From an uncultured Spirochaetota bacterium (GTDB taxonomy: Bacteria > Spirochaetota > Spirochaetia > SZUA-6 > Fen-1364): a stretch of DNA of 64,000 nucleotides. Positions 18,462 to 28,456 of this stretch are shown here, one piece after another. The translations under genes were made by a program, and so were the position numbers. The notes beneath the pieces are model-generated. The model saw only the letters and a list, made by a program, of their open reading frames with translations. It had not been told where the DNA came from and did not search any database. The stretch lies in assembly GCA_963745235.1 (NCBI GenBank), contig CAVUXE010000052.1, positions 128,001-192,000 on the forward strand. The letters run 5' to 3'. Positions within the stretch are counted from its first letter, which is position 1, and each line of letters opens with the position of its first letter.

Positions 18462-18693
18462 ATCAAAAGCAACTCTCTGTCGCACAATGAATCAGAAAAT
18501 CGTTGACTGCTTCGAACAAGGAGGCCTTCACCGTGCTGTTTTCCGCCGGCTTGGGCTTCACGGGCACTCATCGAAGAAGCGCTGGTTTGGCCTGCACTCT
18601 GGAACGATCAACTGGCGTCGCCCTCGGGGAAGTCAACCGAGGCTTTCGCAGGACTTCTGTTCATGAGATGGAGCGGGGGGCATAGCTCCCTTG

Positions 18694-18726
18694 AACAAAA
18701 GGGGCGGACCCAGAGAGTCCGCCCCT
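18694..18726 (-). terminator. intrinsic terminator
   Basis: Minus strand AGGGGCGGAC-N7-GTCCGCCCCT followed by TTTGTT, just downstream of ORF 18759-19220. Confidence 0.8.
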
Positions 18727-18758
18727 ATCGATCCACTCCACACCGAGACAGGCGATTC

Positions 18759-19220
18759 TTAGTTGTTGGCCACTGACGCTGGCATGATGTCGAGTGTACC
18801 CTGGAAAGCAGTGCCGTTCGGGGATTGCTGGGACTTGATCTGCGTGTATTCCCCCTGCACCTGGTAGCCTTTCTCCCATCCTTCCGTAACCACCCCGCTG
18901 ATCACTGCCTTGAGGTCTGTTTGCTCTACATGAACGAGGGCGGTAAAGGCGTGCATCGAGCCGTTGAAGTGGTAAAGAGCCTCGATTACTGTCGTAGTGC
19001 CTGCGGTGTACTTGAGGATCTCTCCAGCATAGCTGCCGGCCCCGTCTTCACCTCCGACGACTCCAGCCATGTTTGGAGCCGTGGTTACCCACTTGGTGAA
19101 CGTATTGTGCTCTGCGAAGGCGACTGCGCTTGCTGTTGTCAGAATGACGGCCAGGACCGTAAGAACAAGAAAACGACGAACAGTCATCAATGAAATTTTG
19201 CCCCCGAGTGACTTTTGCAT
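18759..19220 (-). CDS. hypothetical exported beta-rich protein
   Basis: AGGAGG SD before ATG 19220; RRFLVLTVLAVILTTASAVAFA signal-like segment; has its own terminator. Confidence 0.7.
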   Translation of the reverse strand: MQKSLGGKISLMTVRRFLVLTVLAVILTTASAVAFAEHNTFTKWVTTAPNMAGVVGGEDGAGSYAGEILKYTAGTTTVIEALYHFNGSMHAFTALVHVEQTDLKAVISGVVTEGWEKGYQVQGEYTQIKSQQSPNGTAFQGTLDIMPASVANN

Positions 19221-19358
19221 CTTGGTATTCCTCCTATCTGGAATTGCGAGAAAGGTTGAAGACAATTTTTTCCCTTCTACTTTGAAACTTTTTTCCCTCC
19301 TACTAAGGAGGCTATCTTAGCTGACCAAATAAGTCAACAATTATCTTATATAGATCTC

Positions 19359-19570
19359 TCACTGGCGAGCGACGAAAAAGACCACCGGGACGTAGCACAA
19401 TTGAGTCCAGCCGCTTCCGTTCTTCCAATATCCGCAAATGTTGATTCCAGAGCCTCCCACGTAGACGTCGCTTCCTGATACGGCGATTGAGGTCGTTCCC
19501 GTGATCAGGGTCTCACCAGGTAGCGTGATCCAACTCCCATTTTCACCCGCCACAAATGCGCCATTTTCGT
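19359..19570 (-). pseudogene. fragment of a 'SIAVSGSDVYVGG..YWKNG' repeat surface protein
   Basis: TTSIAVSGSDVYVGGSGINICGYWKNGSGWTQL resembles a beta-propeller-like repeat unit; no convincing start. Confidence 0.45.
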
Positions 19571-19753
19571 CCGCCGTTGACACCATCTTTCCAGTAGCCT
19601 CCCGTGCTTCCGCAACCTGCATAGATATCGTTTCCGTATGCCGCAAGACAACTGACAGACGTCCCTCCCGCCGTGAGTGGAATCCAAAGTGTGTTCTTCC
19701 AATAGCCGGCGCGGATGCAAAAGCGAAAGACAAAGATGGAAGTGCCGCCCTTA

Positions 19754-21043
19754 GGAAGCGTCAGAAAATAACTGGACGAAATTGCCTACGTGGTATATCA
19801 TGTGCATGTGGATGTCGAGCCTTTGAGGACCAAGTACAAAGCCTTGGCTCCGGTTCTCAGTGAACGCGCGCGGCGCATCTGGGCAGCCACCGAAGCCCGC
19901 CAGGCGGGCCGTGGAGGTATTACCCTCGTGGCACGCGCGACGGGGATCTCATACTCCACGGTTGTGCGAGGCCTCAAGGATCTGGAATCAGAAGAAGTTG
20001 CGCCGCCTGATCGAGTTCGCCGGGCAGGGGGAGGGCGCAAGAAGACACTTCAGAAGGATCCGACTCTGGTGAACGACCTGGAGAACTTGGTCGAGCCCGC
20101 TGTCTCTGGAGATCCACAGTCACCTCTGCGCTGGACATCCAGGAGTGTGAGGACCCTCTCGGAGGCACTTCGTGGCATGGGGCATGTCGCCAGCCACCAG
20201 TTGGTGGCAGAGTTGTTATGCTCCGCAGGCTACAGCCTGCAGAGCAATCGCAAGGGCCGCGAGGGACCCAACCATCCCGATCGGGACGGGCAGTTTCGCT
20301 ACATCAATCGGCGGGTTCGAGCTTTCCAAGCCGAGGAGCAGCCGGTGATCTCCGTAGACACGAAGAAGAAGGAGCTGGTGGGAGACTTCAAAAACGCTGG
20401 GAAACAGTGGAGGCCGAAGAAGAGCCCCCACGTTGTTCGGGTTCACGACTTCATCATTCCCGAGAAAGGAAAGGCGATCCCCTACGGAGTCTACGACCTG
20501 ACACGCAACGCGGGGTGGGTCAGTGTGGGCATCGACCACGACACCGCGAGTTTCGCAGTCCGCACCATCGGCCGCTGGTGGCGTAAGATGGGACGACCCG
20601 CATACCCGCACGCCAGATCTCTTCTCATCACTGCGGATGCTGGAGGAAGTAACGGCTCACGTGTTCGGCTGTGGAAGTGGGAATTGCAGCAACTGGCCAC
20701 TCGCACGGGGCTCTCGATCGCGGTCTGCCACTTTCCTCCGGGGACGAGCAAGTGGAACAAGATTGAACACCGGCTCTTCTCGTACATCAGCAGCAACTGG
20801 CGCGGGCAGCCTCTGACAAGCTTGGCCGTGATCGTCAGTCTGATCGCCTCAACAAGAACCGTAACGGGTCTACGTGTTCGTAGCGAGCTCGACACAGGTC
20901 CTTATCCGGACGGCCAGACTGTCTCCGACGAGCAGCTTCTTGAAGTGAATCTCACGCGACATCGTTTCCATGGTGACTGGAACTACACGATTCATCCAAG
21001 GAAGACAGTCAAGTAATTAGTTCAGTTATTGTTTGACACTTCC
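19754..21043 (+). mobile_element. ISAzo13-family insertion sequence (1290 bp)
   Basis: IRL GGAAGCGTCAGAAAATAACTG (19754-19774) matches the reverse complement of IRR, GGAAGTGTCAAACAATAACTG (21023-21043), at 18/21; TTA direct repeat at 19751-19753 and 21044-21046. Confidence 0.92.
19790..21016 (+). CDS. ISAzo13-family DDE transposase
   Basis: GDPQSPLRWTS, ISVDTKKKELVGDFKN, PYGVYD, LITADAGGSNG, PPGTSKWNKIEHRLFS, FHGDWNY. Confidence 0.95.
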   Translation: MVYHVHVDVEPLRTKYKALAPVLSERARRIWAATEARQAGRGGITLVARATGISYSTVVRGLKDLESEEVAPPDRVRRAGGGRKKTLQKDPTLVNDLENLVEPAVSGDPQSPLRWTSRSVRTLSEALRGMGHVASHQLVAELLCSAGYSLQSNRKGREGPNHPDRDGQFRYINRRVRAFQAEEQPVISVDTKKKELVGDFKNAGKQWRPKKSPHVVRVHDFIIPEKGKAIPYGVYDLTRNAGWVSVGIDHDTASFAVRTIGRWWRKMGRPAYPHARSLLITADAGGSNGSRVRLWKWELQQLATRTGLSIAVCHFPPGTSKWNKIEHRLFSYISSNWRGQPLTSLAVIVSLIASTRTVTGLRVRSELDTGPYPDGQTVSDEQLLEVNLTRHRFHGDWNYTIHPRKTVK

Positions 21044-21173
21044 TTAGTTACACGGATATCAACGACAATCTGGCAGGCACCGGCGCCTTGAAGCAACTCG
21101 AAGAAGGGTCCCAATAACCATGGGAGCACGTTACGGGCGTTTGGCGGTCAGCCCGAACGTTTGTTCGAAGGCG

Positions 21174-21959
21174 CTACCTGTCGTTTTCCGGAACCTTCAG
21201 ATACGCAACGACCTCTGATGCCAGGCCCGCAAGAACCGCGAGGGCGTCCCCGACCTTCATCCCGTCCAGGAGGTGTTTGCCCTCGATGTCGTCGAAAACG
21301 ATCGCCTCGCTCCCGTTGAGGCATTTCACCCCGTCCCCGTGGACATCTTCCACGAGCTCCTCGCAGAAGCTCAAGACCTCGCGGAAGAATTTCGCGGCGT
21401 CCGTCTTGGCCTGGCGCGCGATTTTGTCGTAGCGCCTGCGCACTTCCACCTCGATCTCCTTGCTCACGGTCCCGTTCGAGAGCCGGGCGTTCTCCTTGCG
21501 AAAGTCATCTATCCTGCGTCCCAACTCGCTGAACTTCGTGTAGAAGCCGCTGCGCTCGATGGAGAACTTGTAGTCGAGCTTCAACCGCTTCTCGGTCAGG
21601 AACGGAAGAAACTCACTCCTGAAAAACCGCGCGTACAGCGCCAGATTGAATATCTCCGTCTGGACAGGACTCGACTCGGCGTCTCCGGCGCTCAGCCGTT
21701 CCAGGCGTTCCGCCGAGGGCCGGTGCTTCTCCCCGTCAAGGAGCCTTCGCAGGTGCTTGAACTCATCCAGCGCCTGGGACTGCTGCAGCGCCTCAACATC
21801 GATGAAGTTCATGTCAAGAATCATCTCCCGGGAGCTGCGCAGCTCCTTCAGCTGCTTTGAAACGCGCTCCCTCTGTTCGTCGTTTCGTGTCGTGTGGAAG
21901 ACGGTCTCGTACTGCCGAATCAGGCTGTTGAGCTTCTTCAGCTCTTCTTCTGGATCCAT
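21174..21959 (-). CDS. hypothetical helical protein
   Basis: 261-aa ORF with charged, coiled-coil-like composition; extended -10 (TG-T-TAGAAT) 7 nt before the ATG. Confidence 0.75.
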   Translation of the reverse strand: MDPEEELKKLNSLIRQYETVFHTTRNDEQRERVSKQLKELRSSREMILDMNFIDVEALQQSQALDEFKHLRRLLDGEKHRPSAERLERLSAGDAESSPVQTEIFNLALYARFFRSEFLPFLTEKRLKLDYKFSIERSGFYTKFSELGRRIDDFRKENARLSNGTVSKEIEVEVRRRYDKIARQAKTDAAKFFREVLSFCEELVEDVHGDGVKCLNGSEAIVFDDIEGKHLLDGMKVGDALAVLAGLASEVVAYLKVPENDR

Positions 21960-24259
21960 GAGGCAGATTCTAACACTGCCGATATCCCGGGGGAAAGTGG
22001 TTCCGCGCCCTGCCCATTTCCGGCGATCTTGAACTGCGCCGTCGTCTGCTGAAGCTCCAGCGCCATCTCGGACAGCTGACGGGTGGCGGCGGACATCTGC
22101 TCAGCAGAGGAGGCTGCTGCCTGAGTCAGCTCGTTCACGCTCTCCACCGCTTTTGCCACCTGCCGGGCATTCGAGCTCTGCTCCTCTGTTGCCGCCGAAA
22201 TGTTCTGACTCATTTCACTCACTTTCCTGAGAGCCGTGGCCAGTTCTTTGACGGCGTCAACCTGGCGGGAAATCGATGCGTTCAGCTCCGCCACCGTGTC
22301 CTTCACCCTGGTCGAAGCGGCGCGTATCTGCTCCATCGCAGCCTGCGATCCCCGGGCCATCTCGACACCCTTGGCGACGTTTCGCACGCTTTCCCTGATC
22401 AGGCTCTCGATCTCCTTCGTCGAGGTCGAGCTTCGGTCCGCAAGCTTGCTCACTTCGGCTGCCACCACGGCGAAGCCCCGCCCGTGCTCCCCCGCGCGCG
22501 CGGCCTCAATGGCAGCGTTCAGAGAGAGCAGATTTGTCTGGTCGGCGATGTCCGAAATCACGTTTACAATCCCGCCAATCTTCTCTGAGCTTTCGGCAAT
22601 GAGGCCAATGCCGTCCATCACCTGGTGCACCGCCGCCGCGCCCTGCCGCGAATCCTCCACCGACCTGTCAGCGAGTCCCGAGATCTCAGCCAGTTTTCCG
22701 GTGACCTCATCGATTCCCTTTTGCACCTGTTCCATGGACCGGGACCCCTGGACAACGGCCGACGCCTGGCTGTGGGCGTGCGTGCCCACCTGGTCGACGC
22801 TGGAGCTCAGCTCTTCCATGGAAGCCGCTGTCTCCTCCAGCGTCGATGCCTGCGACTGTGCCCCGTCCGACAACGCCTGCGAGCTGACGGACAACTGCCT
22901 GCTGGAGGCCGCTACCTGGCCGGAAGAGTCGAGCACCTGGCGAACCATTCCGCTGAGCCTGCTCGTCATGTGGTTGAATGCCTTCCCGAGCTCGCCCATC
23001 TCATCCCTGCTCTGCGCGGCAACCGCCTGGCTCAGGTCTCCTTCCGCCATCCGCTGGGCCGCTCGGACCATCGTGTTGATTGGCTGAGCGATGCTTCGGC
23101 CAAGGACCATCGCCATGAGGCTTGCCAGGAGAGCCACGACAAGCCCGGCGGCCAGGGCTATCCATACCAGCTGGGCCACAGCGCTGGTCGCGTTCCTGCC
23201 TTCTGCGCCTATCTCGTCCTTGTAAGCCCCCACCCCGATGACCCAATCCCACGGAGCGTAGTAGGTCACGGCAACGATCTTTAGTCGCGGAGCGGGGTCT
23301 TCAGGGTTCTTCCAGGGATAGGTGACGATAGTGGATGATCCATCATGGGTGGAGAGAGCCGCCCTCACGATGTCCTGGATTATGAGACGACCGCCCTGAT
23401 CCTTCTGGTCCCAGATGTTTTCCCCGTCCCGCCCACCGTCCTTGGAGACGATGTAGGTGCCACGCGCGGCTCCGGAGCCCTGAAGAACATATGCGTACCC
23501 GGTGTCCCCGACCCGGATTGCCTGGATTGTCTTGATGAGGGTCTTCAGGTTTTCCTGCTTCACGCCGACGAAAAGCATGCCTATCACGGAACCCTTGGCG
23601 TCGTGGATGGGTTCATATGCAGTGATGAACCAGGAATCCACCACAAAGGCCCTTCCTTCGAAGGTGTTTCCAGAAAGCACCGTAGATACGACCTGATTGG
23701 GCGATCCGTCCGGGTTGACGGCGGGAATGTAGGTCCCGATTGCCCTGGCGCCGTCCTTTCCAACCACCGACGTGGCAACGCGCAACATGTCACCGTGGTC
23801 GTTCATCCGCTGAAAGACAGTGCAGGCGGCATTCGTCAGCTTGACCGTGTCATCCACAACCGGCACGTACTCCGTCGTGTCCGCGACCTGTCCGAGCCAG
23901 CTCGCGCCCACCTGGAGACGGGGCAGGACCAGCTGCGTCAGCTCTCCCGTAAACTGGTTTTTGGCATTCCAGGATACGACCTGGCGCGAGAGGCTGACCG
24001 TTCCCGCCCGGTGAAGAATGTCGCGCGACGTGTTCAGATCTGCCTCGAGGTTTCTCCCAACCGCGTCGTTTTCCGTCCGGCACAGCGCATAGACTTCGCG
24101 GGAAAGAAGGACCAGCTCCTCGCTGATTTGAGAATCCAGTGTCTTGCCGAGCCGTGTCGAGAGGTTCTGTCTCTGCAGAACGATGAGCACAAGCACGATG
24201 ATGACGGAAATGAGCGGCAGGAGCGCACCCATGAGGGTAATCTTGGTGCGGATCTTCAT
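21938..24259 (-). CDS. methyl-accepting chemotaxis protein with periplasmic Cache domains
   Basis: TM, Cache-like region (RAIGT..AYEPI, YPWKNP, WDWVIG), TM, HAMP (DEMGELG), then [30 protein letters not shown]. Confidence 0.96.
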   Translation of the reverse strand: MKIRTKITLMGALLPLISVIIVLVLIVLQRQNLSTRLGKTLDSQISEELVLLSREVYALCRTENDAVGRNLEADLNTSRDILHRAGTVSLSRQVVSWNAKNQFTGELTQLVLPRLQVGASWLGQVADTTEYVPVVDDTVKLTNAACTVFQRMNDHGDMLRVATSVVGKDGARAIGTYIPAVNPDGSPNQVVSTVLSGNTFEGRAFVVDSWFITAYEPIHDAKGSVIGMLFVGVKQENLKTLIKTIQAIRVGDTGYAYVLQGSGAARGTYIVSKDGGRDGENIWDQKDQGGRLIIQDIVRAALSTHDGSSTIVTYPWKNPEDPAPRLKIVAVTYYAPWDWVIGVGAYKDEIGAEGRNATSAVAQLVWIALAAGLVVALLASLMAMVLGRSIAQPINTMVRAAQRMAEGDLSQAVAAQSRDEMGELGKAFNHMTSRLSGMVRQVLDSSGQVAASSRQLSVSSQALSDGAQSQASTLEETAASMEELSSSVDQVGTHAHSQASAVVQGSRSMEQVQKGIDEVTGKLAEISGLADRSVEDSRQGAAAVHQVMDGIGLIAESSEKIGGIVNVISDIADQTNLLSLNAAIEAARAGEHGRGFAVVAAEVSKLADRSSTSTKEIESLIRESVRNVAKGVEMARGSQAAMEQIRAASTRVKDTVAELNASISRQVDAVKELATALRKVSEMSQNISAATEEQSSNARQVAKAVESVNELTQAAASSAEQMSAATRQLSEMALELQQTTAQFKIAGNGQGAEPLSPGISAVLESASWIQKKS

Positions 24260-24434
24260 TCGTTTTACTCCGTGCTGCAACAGAATGTACCACCAAAATG
24301 AACGTCGGGGAAGCACCGACAAACGCGGCGCAGACGGGAATCCCCTGCAACCATTGCCCTCCGGCGGCGTACAATGATGCAGCGGGTTTTGCACCGGGCG
24401 GACTGGCGCAACAACAAACGGAGGTCTTTGCTTT

Positions 24435-24743
24435 ATGATGCGATCTGTACTTGCACCATCGATAATCGTTGCTTTCGTTCTCACATCGACAGTAGCGCTG
24501 AGCGCCGCTCCCCGGTACCTGGCCAACGGTACCCCGCCTCAGCAGTGGGTTGGGCAATCAGAGGAACAGCTCATCACGCGGATGGGGACACCCGATATCA
24601 CCTTCCAGGATGGCGACGGCAGCCAGACCATCAGGTACGTGGCCCCGTGGAAGAGCACGCATGACGGAGAGATCCATATGGTTCAACAGTTCGACGTGGA
24701 TGCCAGTGGCCGGGTAATCTCGGCCTCTGTCTCCATGATGTAG
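24435..24743 (+). CDS. small exported hypothetical protein
   Basis: Signal-like N-terminus; [16 protein letters not shown] resembles SmpA/BamE-like small domains. Confidence 0.6.
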   Translation: MMRSVLAPSIIVAFVLTSTVALSAAPRYLANGTPPQQWVGQSEEQLITRMGTPDITFQDGDGSQTIRYVAPWKSTHDGEIHMVQQFDVDASGRVISASVSMM

Positions 24744-24843
24744 GGAATCAAGCCCGCGCTCGTCAGATTCCGCCTGGGAGAAGAGACACAACGAGCCCGC
24801 TGCACTTGCCGCGGGCTCGTTCCCTGTGTCGGCCGAGGTGTCC

Positions 24844-26352
24844 TCAGCCCGAAAGCCCAATGCTGACGTCGGTTCCCTCCCGCACAATGTGGAAAGTTGC
24901 CTGACCGCCATGGGCCTCGTTGAGCGCCTTGTAGTAGTCCATCATGTTTCTCACGGTCTTGCCGTTGATGCCGGTTATCACGTCGCCGGGACGGAACCCG
25001 GCAATCGAGGCAGGAGTGTCCTGCTCCGGCAGGTAGCCCACGACAACACCATGGAGCGAAGCGGGAATGTTCACCTGCTGACGGACCTGGTCGTCGATGT
25101 CAACCACGGTCATTCCCGGCCAGAGATTCTTGGCCTGCGCCACCTGGTCCTTGTCATCCCTCAGGCCGATCCTCACCGGTACGCTGAGCGCCTGTGCGTA
25201 GCGAATAACGGAGAAAGAGTATGTTGTGCCGGGTTCCAGCCGTCCGACCGCCTGCGTCAGCTCATCGCTGTTGTGAACCGGAGCGCCGTCCACTTTCGTG
25301 ATGTAGTCTCCCGGCAGAAGCCCTGCCCGCGCCGCGGGAGAATCCTTGTAGATGTTGAGAAGAAGGGCACCACTCACTCCTTCGACCTTGAGGTCCGATG
25401 CGAAGCCTGGATACGTTCCGTTGCCGTTGACGTCCGCGATTTGCCCCCCGAGCCAGCCGTATTCGACGTGGCCATGATTGATGAACTGGCTGATTGCAGG
25501 GGCCGCGTTGTTCACCGGGATCGCGAAGCCGAGCCCGACGTTGCCGCCGGAGGGCGCTGCGATCCAGGTGTTGATCCCCACCACCTGCCCCTTGATGTTC
25601 ACGAGGGCGCCGCCGGAGTTGCCCTGATTGATGGCCGCGTCCGTCTGGATGTAATCCGTGTAGGTCGCTACGTCGCCCGTGGGGCCATGCCTGCCGAGCG
25701 CGCTCACGATCCCCATGGTGACAGAGGATTCAAAGCCCAGCGGGTTTCCAACCGCCAGCACGATGTCTCCCACCTGGAGAGTGTTGGAATCTCCGAGCTC
25801 CGCCACCTGCACGGGATCCGTGCTCGTGAAGGAGACAAGAGCGATATCCTTCCGCGGGTCGGCGCCAACCACCTTGGCCTTGAAGACTTTCTGGTCATAC
25901 AGGCGCACGCTGATGTCGTTGGCATCTTTGACCACGTGGTTGTTGGTCAGGACGTAATAGCGGTCACCGGACCGTTGAACGATGATCCCCGACCCAAGGG
26001 CGGACTGCCGGAACGTCCTCTTGCCTCCGTTGCCCTGCTGGTCGAAGAACGGAAAGGGGAAATCGAAGGGAAGATTGAGCTGCGGAACCTGCTGGGTGAT
26101 CGTTTCCGTCACGTTGATCTCCACCACGGATGGCAGGATCTTCCGTGCCACTTCCCGGAAGGAGCTCTGCAGCGACTCCAGACCCCCCGAAATCTGCACG
26201 GGCGCCGGGTTTGCCGTCATGTCCTGCCCGGTGGTGATCGATGTCCCGCTGCGAACTTGCGTGAAGCCGGATATGGGCACGAAGAAGAAGAGCGCTCCGG
26301 CCGCAATCACCGCAGCGGCGATTACCGTCACGTAGGTTATCTTGATTTTCAT
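24844..26352 (-). CDS. degP: Do/DegP-family (HtrA) periplasmic serine protease with two PDZ domains
   Basis: GSGII..LTNNHVV, DIALV, IQTDAAINQGNSGGAL. Confidence 0.94.
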   Translation of the reverse strand: MKIKITYVTVIAAAVIAAGALFFFVPISGFTQVRSGTSITTGQDMTANPAPVQISGGLESLQSSFREVARKILPSVVEINVTETITQQVPQLNLPFDFPFPFFDQQGNGGKRTFRQSALGSGIIVQRSGDRYYVLTNNHVVKDANDISVRLYDQKVFKAKVVGADPRKDIALVSFTSTDPVQVAELGDSNTLQVGDIVLAVGNPLGFESSVTMGIVSALGRHGPTGDVATYTDYIQTDAAINQGNSGGALVNIKGQVVGINTWIAAPSGGNVGLGFAIPVNNAAPAISQFINHGHVEYGWLGGQIADVNGNGTYPGFASDLKVEGVSGALLLNIYKDSPAARAGLLPGDYITKVDGAPVHNSDELTQAVGRLEPGTTYSFSVIRYAQALSVPVRIGLRDDKDQVAQAKNLWPGMTVVDIDDQVRQQVNIPASLHGVVVGYLPEQDTPASIAGFRPGDVITGINGKTVRNMMDYYKALNEAHGGQATFHIVREGTDVSIGLSG

Positions 26353-26412
26353 GGTTCACTACCTCCATGAGGGAAGATAGGCCGGTGAGATTGAGGGCGC
26401 ATTACCGGCAGG

Positions 26413-26742
26413 TTAAATCTTCTTAAAGATCACCTCCGAGAGCCAGGCCAGGTACTCCGGGTTTCCCGCCGTGATCGGCAGGAACACGAGCTCCGGCACC
26501 TCGTACGGGTGCATGCTCGTGAGCAGCTCTCGGATGGAATCGATGCGCGATTTTTCCGTCTTCAGGAGGATCAGCTTCTCCGCCGCCCTCTCCACCTGGC
26601 CCTTCCACCAGTAGATGCTCGTCACTTCCCCGGTCACCTGCGCGCACGCCGCAAGCCGCCGCTCCACGATGGCCTTTGCTATGCCTTCTGCAGAATCTCC
26701 GGGAGCGGCGATTATCGCCATTCCCGGCTCATGCCCCGCCAT
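26413..26742 (-). CDS. cutA: divalent-cation tolerance protein CutA
   Basis: RLAACAQ..SIYWWKG..E..LLKT..HPYEVPE..YLAW. Confidence 0.92.
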   Translation of the reverse strand: MAGHEPGMAIIAAPGDSAEGIAKAIVERRLAACAQVTGEVTSIYWWKGQVERAAEKLILLKTEKSRIDSIRELLTSMHPYEVPELVFLPITAGNPEYLAWLSEVIFKKI

Positions 26743-28456
26743 TCTCTCCCTCCTGCTCCCGGTGTCCCTGCGACGCCAGACGGAAAACAGTTTCGGCCAC
26801 GCGATGGTCACGAGGCCGGTGGCTGATGATGATGACCGTGCGGCCGCGAAGCCTTCGATCAATGGAATCCAGGAGCTTCTCCGCGGTCAGGTCATCCAGG
26901 CCTTCCGTCGGCTCATCGAAGATGTATATGGGGGCATCCTTCAGGAAGGCCCTCGCCACCGCCAGGCGCTGGGCCTCCCCCGCGGAGATCTCCCGGCCTG
27001 TCTCACCGACAATCGCATCAAGCCCCTCCGGCAGCGACGCGACCAGGTCCAGGAGAATGGCGTCCCGCAGGGCTGTCCAGAGCTCTTTCTCGGAAGCCCC
27101 TTCCTTCGCGATCAGGAGGTTGTCCCGGATGGAGGCATGGAAGAGATGGGGGGCTTGCGGAACCACGGAAAACAGCCGTCTCGCCTGCTCGGCGCCGAGG
27201 GACCGCAGCTCCGCGTGACAGCCGTCACTCCCCGCAATCCGGATGCTCCCTCCCTCGTACTCCCAGAACCGAAGCAGCACGTTGACCAGGGTACTCTTCC
27301 CAGCGCCTGTCGGGCCGGCAATGCCGTGCCTGCTTCCCGCCGGCGCCTCCATGCACAGACCGTCCAGAATCCAGGGAAGCTCCCGCGAGTAGCGGAATTG
27401 CAGGCCTTGGATGACAAGGTCCAGCGGCGGAAGGGCACTGGTCTCAGCCCTCGCGGATGAAGGGTCTGGCGGCGGTGCCGCTTCGGCAATTGCGGGCCGT
27501 TCGTCGATGATCTCGAGCAGCCTGCGCGCGGCGGCCGCCATCTCGCCAAAGCGTTGAATGACCGCGGGGAGCGGCATCACCGCCTCGAAACTGGCAAGCA
27601 CCACCACGGTCAGCATCGCCATGTCCGGGCCAGGCACTTTTCCGGCGGCAGCGAGGGAAGCAAGGATGAAGGCCCCGACAGTAACCGCTCCCAGGCTGAC
27701 GGCCGTCATTCCCGCCTCCGACATCCCCTGGAGCGAATTGACCCTGCGCTGGCAAAGGTCCATCTTCCGTGAAGCCGCCTCTATTCGCGCGGCTTGAAAC
27801 GCGCCGGCCCCCAGGGCTTCCAGCTCGGCCATGCCCTGGACCTGCTCGACAACGCAGGCGCGCAGCTCTGCCGCCCATGCAACGCGCTCACGGCCCGGTC
27901 CGTCGGCCCGCTGACGAATGAGAAGCGGAAGAAGGACCCCCGCGCACGCAAGACCTGCCAGGTCGACATACGCGAGACGGGGATCAAAACGGGAGAGAAA
28001 GGGAGTCAGGCATCCGGCAGAGAGAACGGCAACACACGAGGGAACAACCCCCCTCACGTAGAAGTCATCAAGGGTATCGATATCCGCGCGGATGCGGCTG
28101 AAGAGGTCTCCGCTTCTTCGCAGCTGCAGCCCCGCCGGGGCAAGAGGCTCGATGCTTCGGAAGAACCAGACCCGGAGGGCCGCCAGGATGCGGAACGTCG
28201 TGTCGTGGTTCACAAGGCGCTCCGCATAGCGGCCCCCGGCCCGCGCGATGGCAAGCGCCCGCACGCCGGCGGAAGGGGTGGAGTAGTTCATGACCACCCC
28301 GAGTATGCCGGAGACCGCCATGGAGGCAATGAACCAGCTCGAGAGGGCAAGCAGCCCGATGTGCGCAAGCGTTGTGGCAAGGGAGAGAAGGATCCCAAGT
28401 ATCACCCAGCGCCACAAGGGCAGCGCCAGCCGGGCAATTCGCAGCAGGTCCTTCAT
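26729..28456 (-). CDS. cydC: ABC exporter subunit CydC
   Basis: RYAERLVNHDTTFR, SGDL..R..DIDTLD, GPTGAGKST, DEPTEGLD. Confidence 0.93.
   Translation of the reverse strand: MKDLLRIARLALPLWRWVILGILLSLATTLAHIGLLALSSWFIASMAVSGILGVVMNYSTPSAGVRALAIARAGGRYAERLVNHDTTFRILAALRVWFFRSIEPLAPAGLQLRRSGDLFSRIRADIDTLDDFYVRGVVPSCVAVLSAGCLTPFLSRFDPRLAYVDLAGLACAGVLLPLLIRQRADGPGRERVAWAAELRACVVEQVQGMAELEALGAGAFQAARIEAASRKMDLCQRRVNSLQGMSEAGMTAVSLGAVTVGAFILASLAAAGKVPGPDMAMLTVVVLASFEAVMPLPAVIQRFGEMAAAARRLLEIIDERPAIAEAAPPPDPSSARAETSALPPLDLVIQGLQFRYSRELPWILDGLCMEAPAGSRHGIAGPTGAGKSTLVNVLLRFWEYEGGSIRIAGSDGCHAELRSLGAEQARRLFSVVPQAPHLFHASIRDNLLIAKEGASEKELWTALRDAILLDLVASLPEGLDAIVGETGREISAGEAQRLAVARAFLKDAPIYIFDEPTEGLDDLTAEKLLDSIDRRLRGRTVIIISHRPRDHRVAETVFRLASQGHREQEGENGGA

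Larger units (their letters stand above)
19678..21117 (+). pseudogene. ankyrin-repeat protein C-terminal relic interrupted by the IS
   Basis: Removing the IS and one TTA joins ..AGADAKAKDKDGSAAL to SYTDINDNLAGTGALKQLEEGSQ* in frame; resembles the ankyrin GADxxAKDxxGxTAL motif. Confidence 0.6.

Noticed and set aside
18388-21170. Possible integrative element with attL/attR at tRNA-Arg
   Set aside because: No integrase and no repeat of the tRNA 3' end. The GGGCGTTTGG match near 21135 is only 10 bp and corresponds to the 5' flank of the tRNA.
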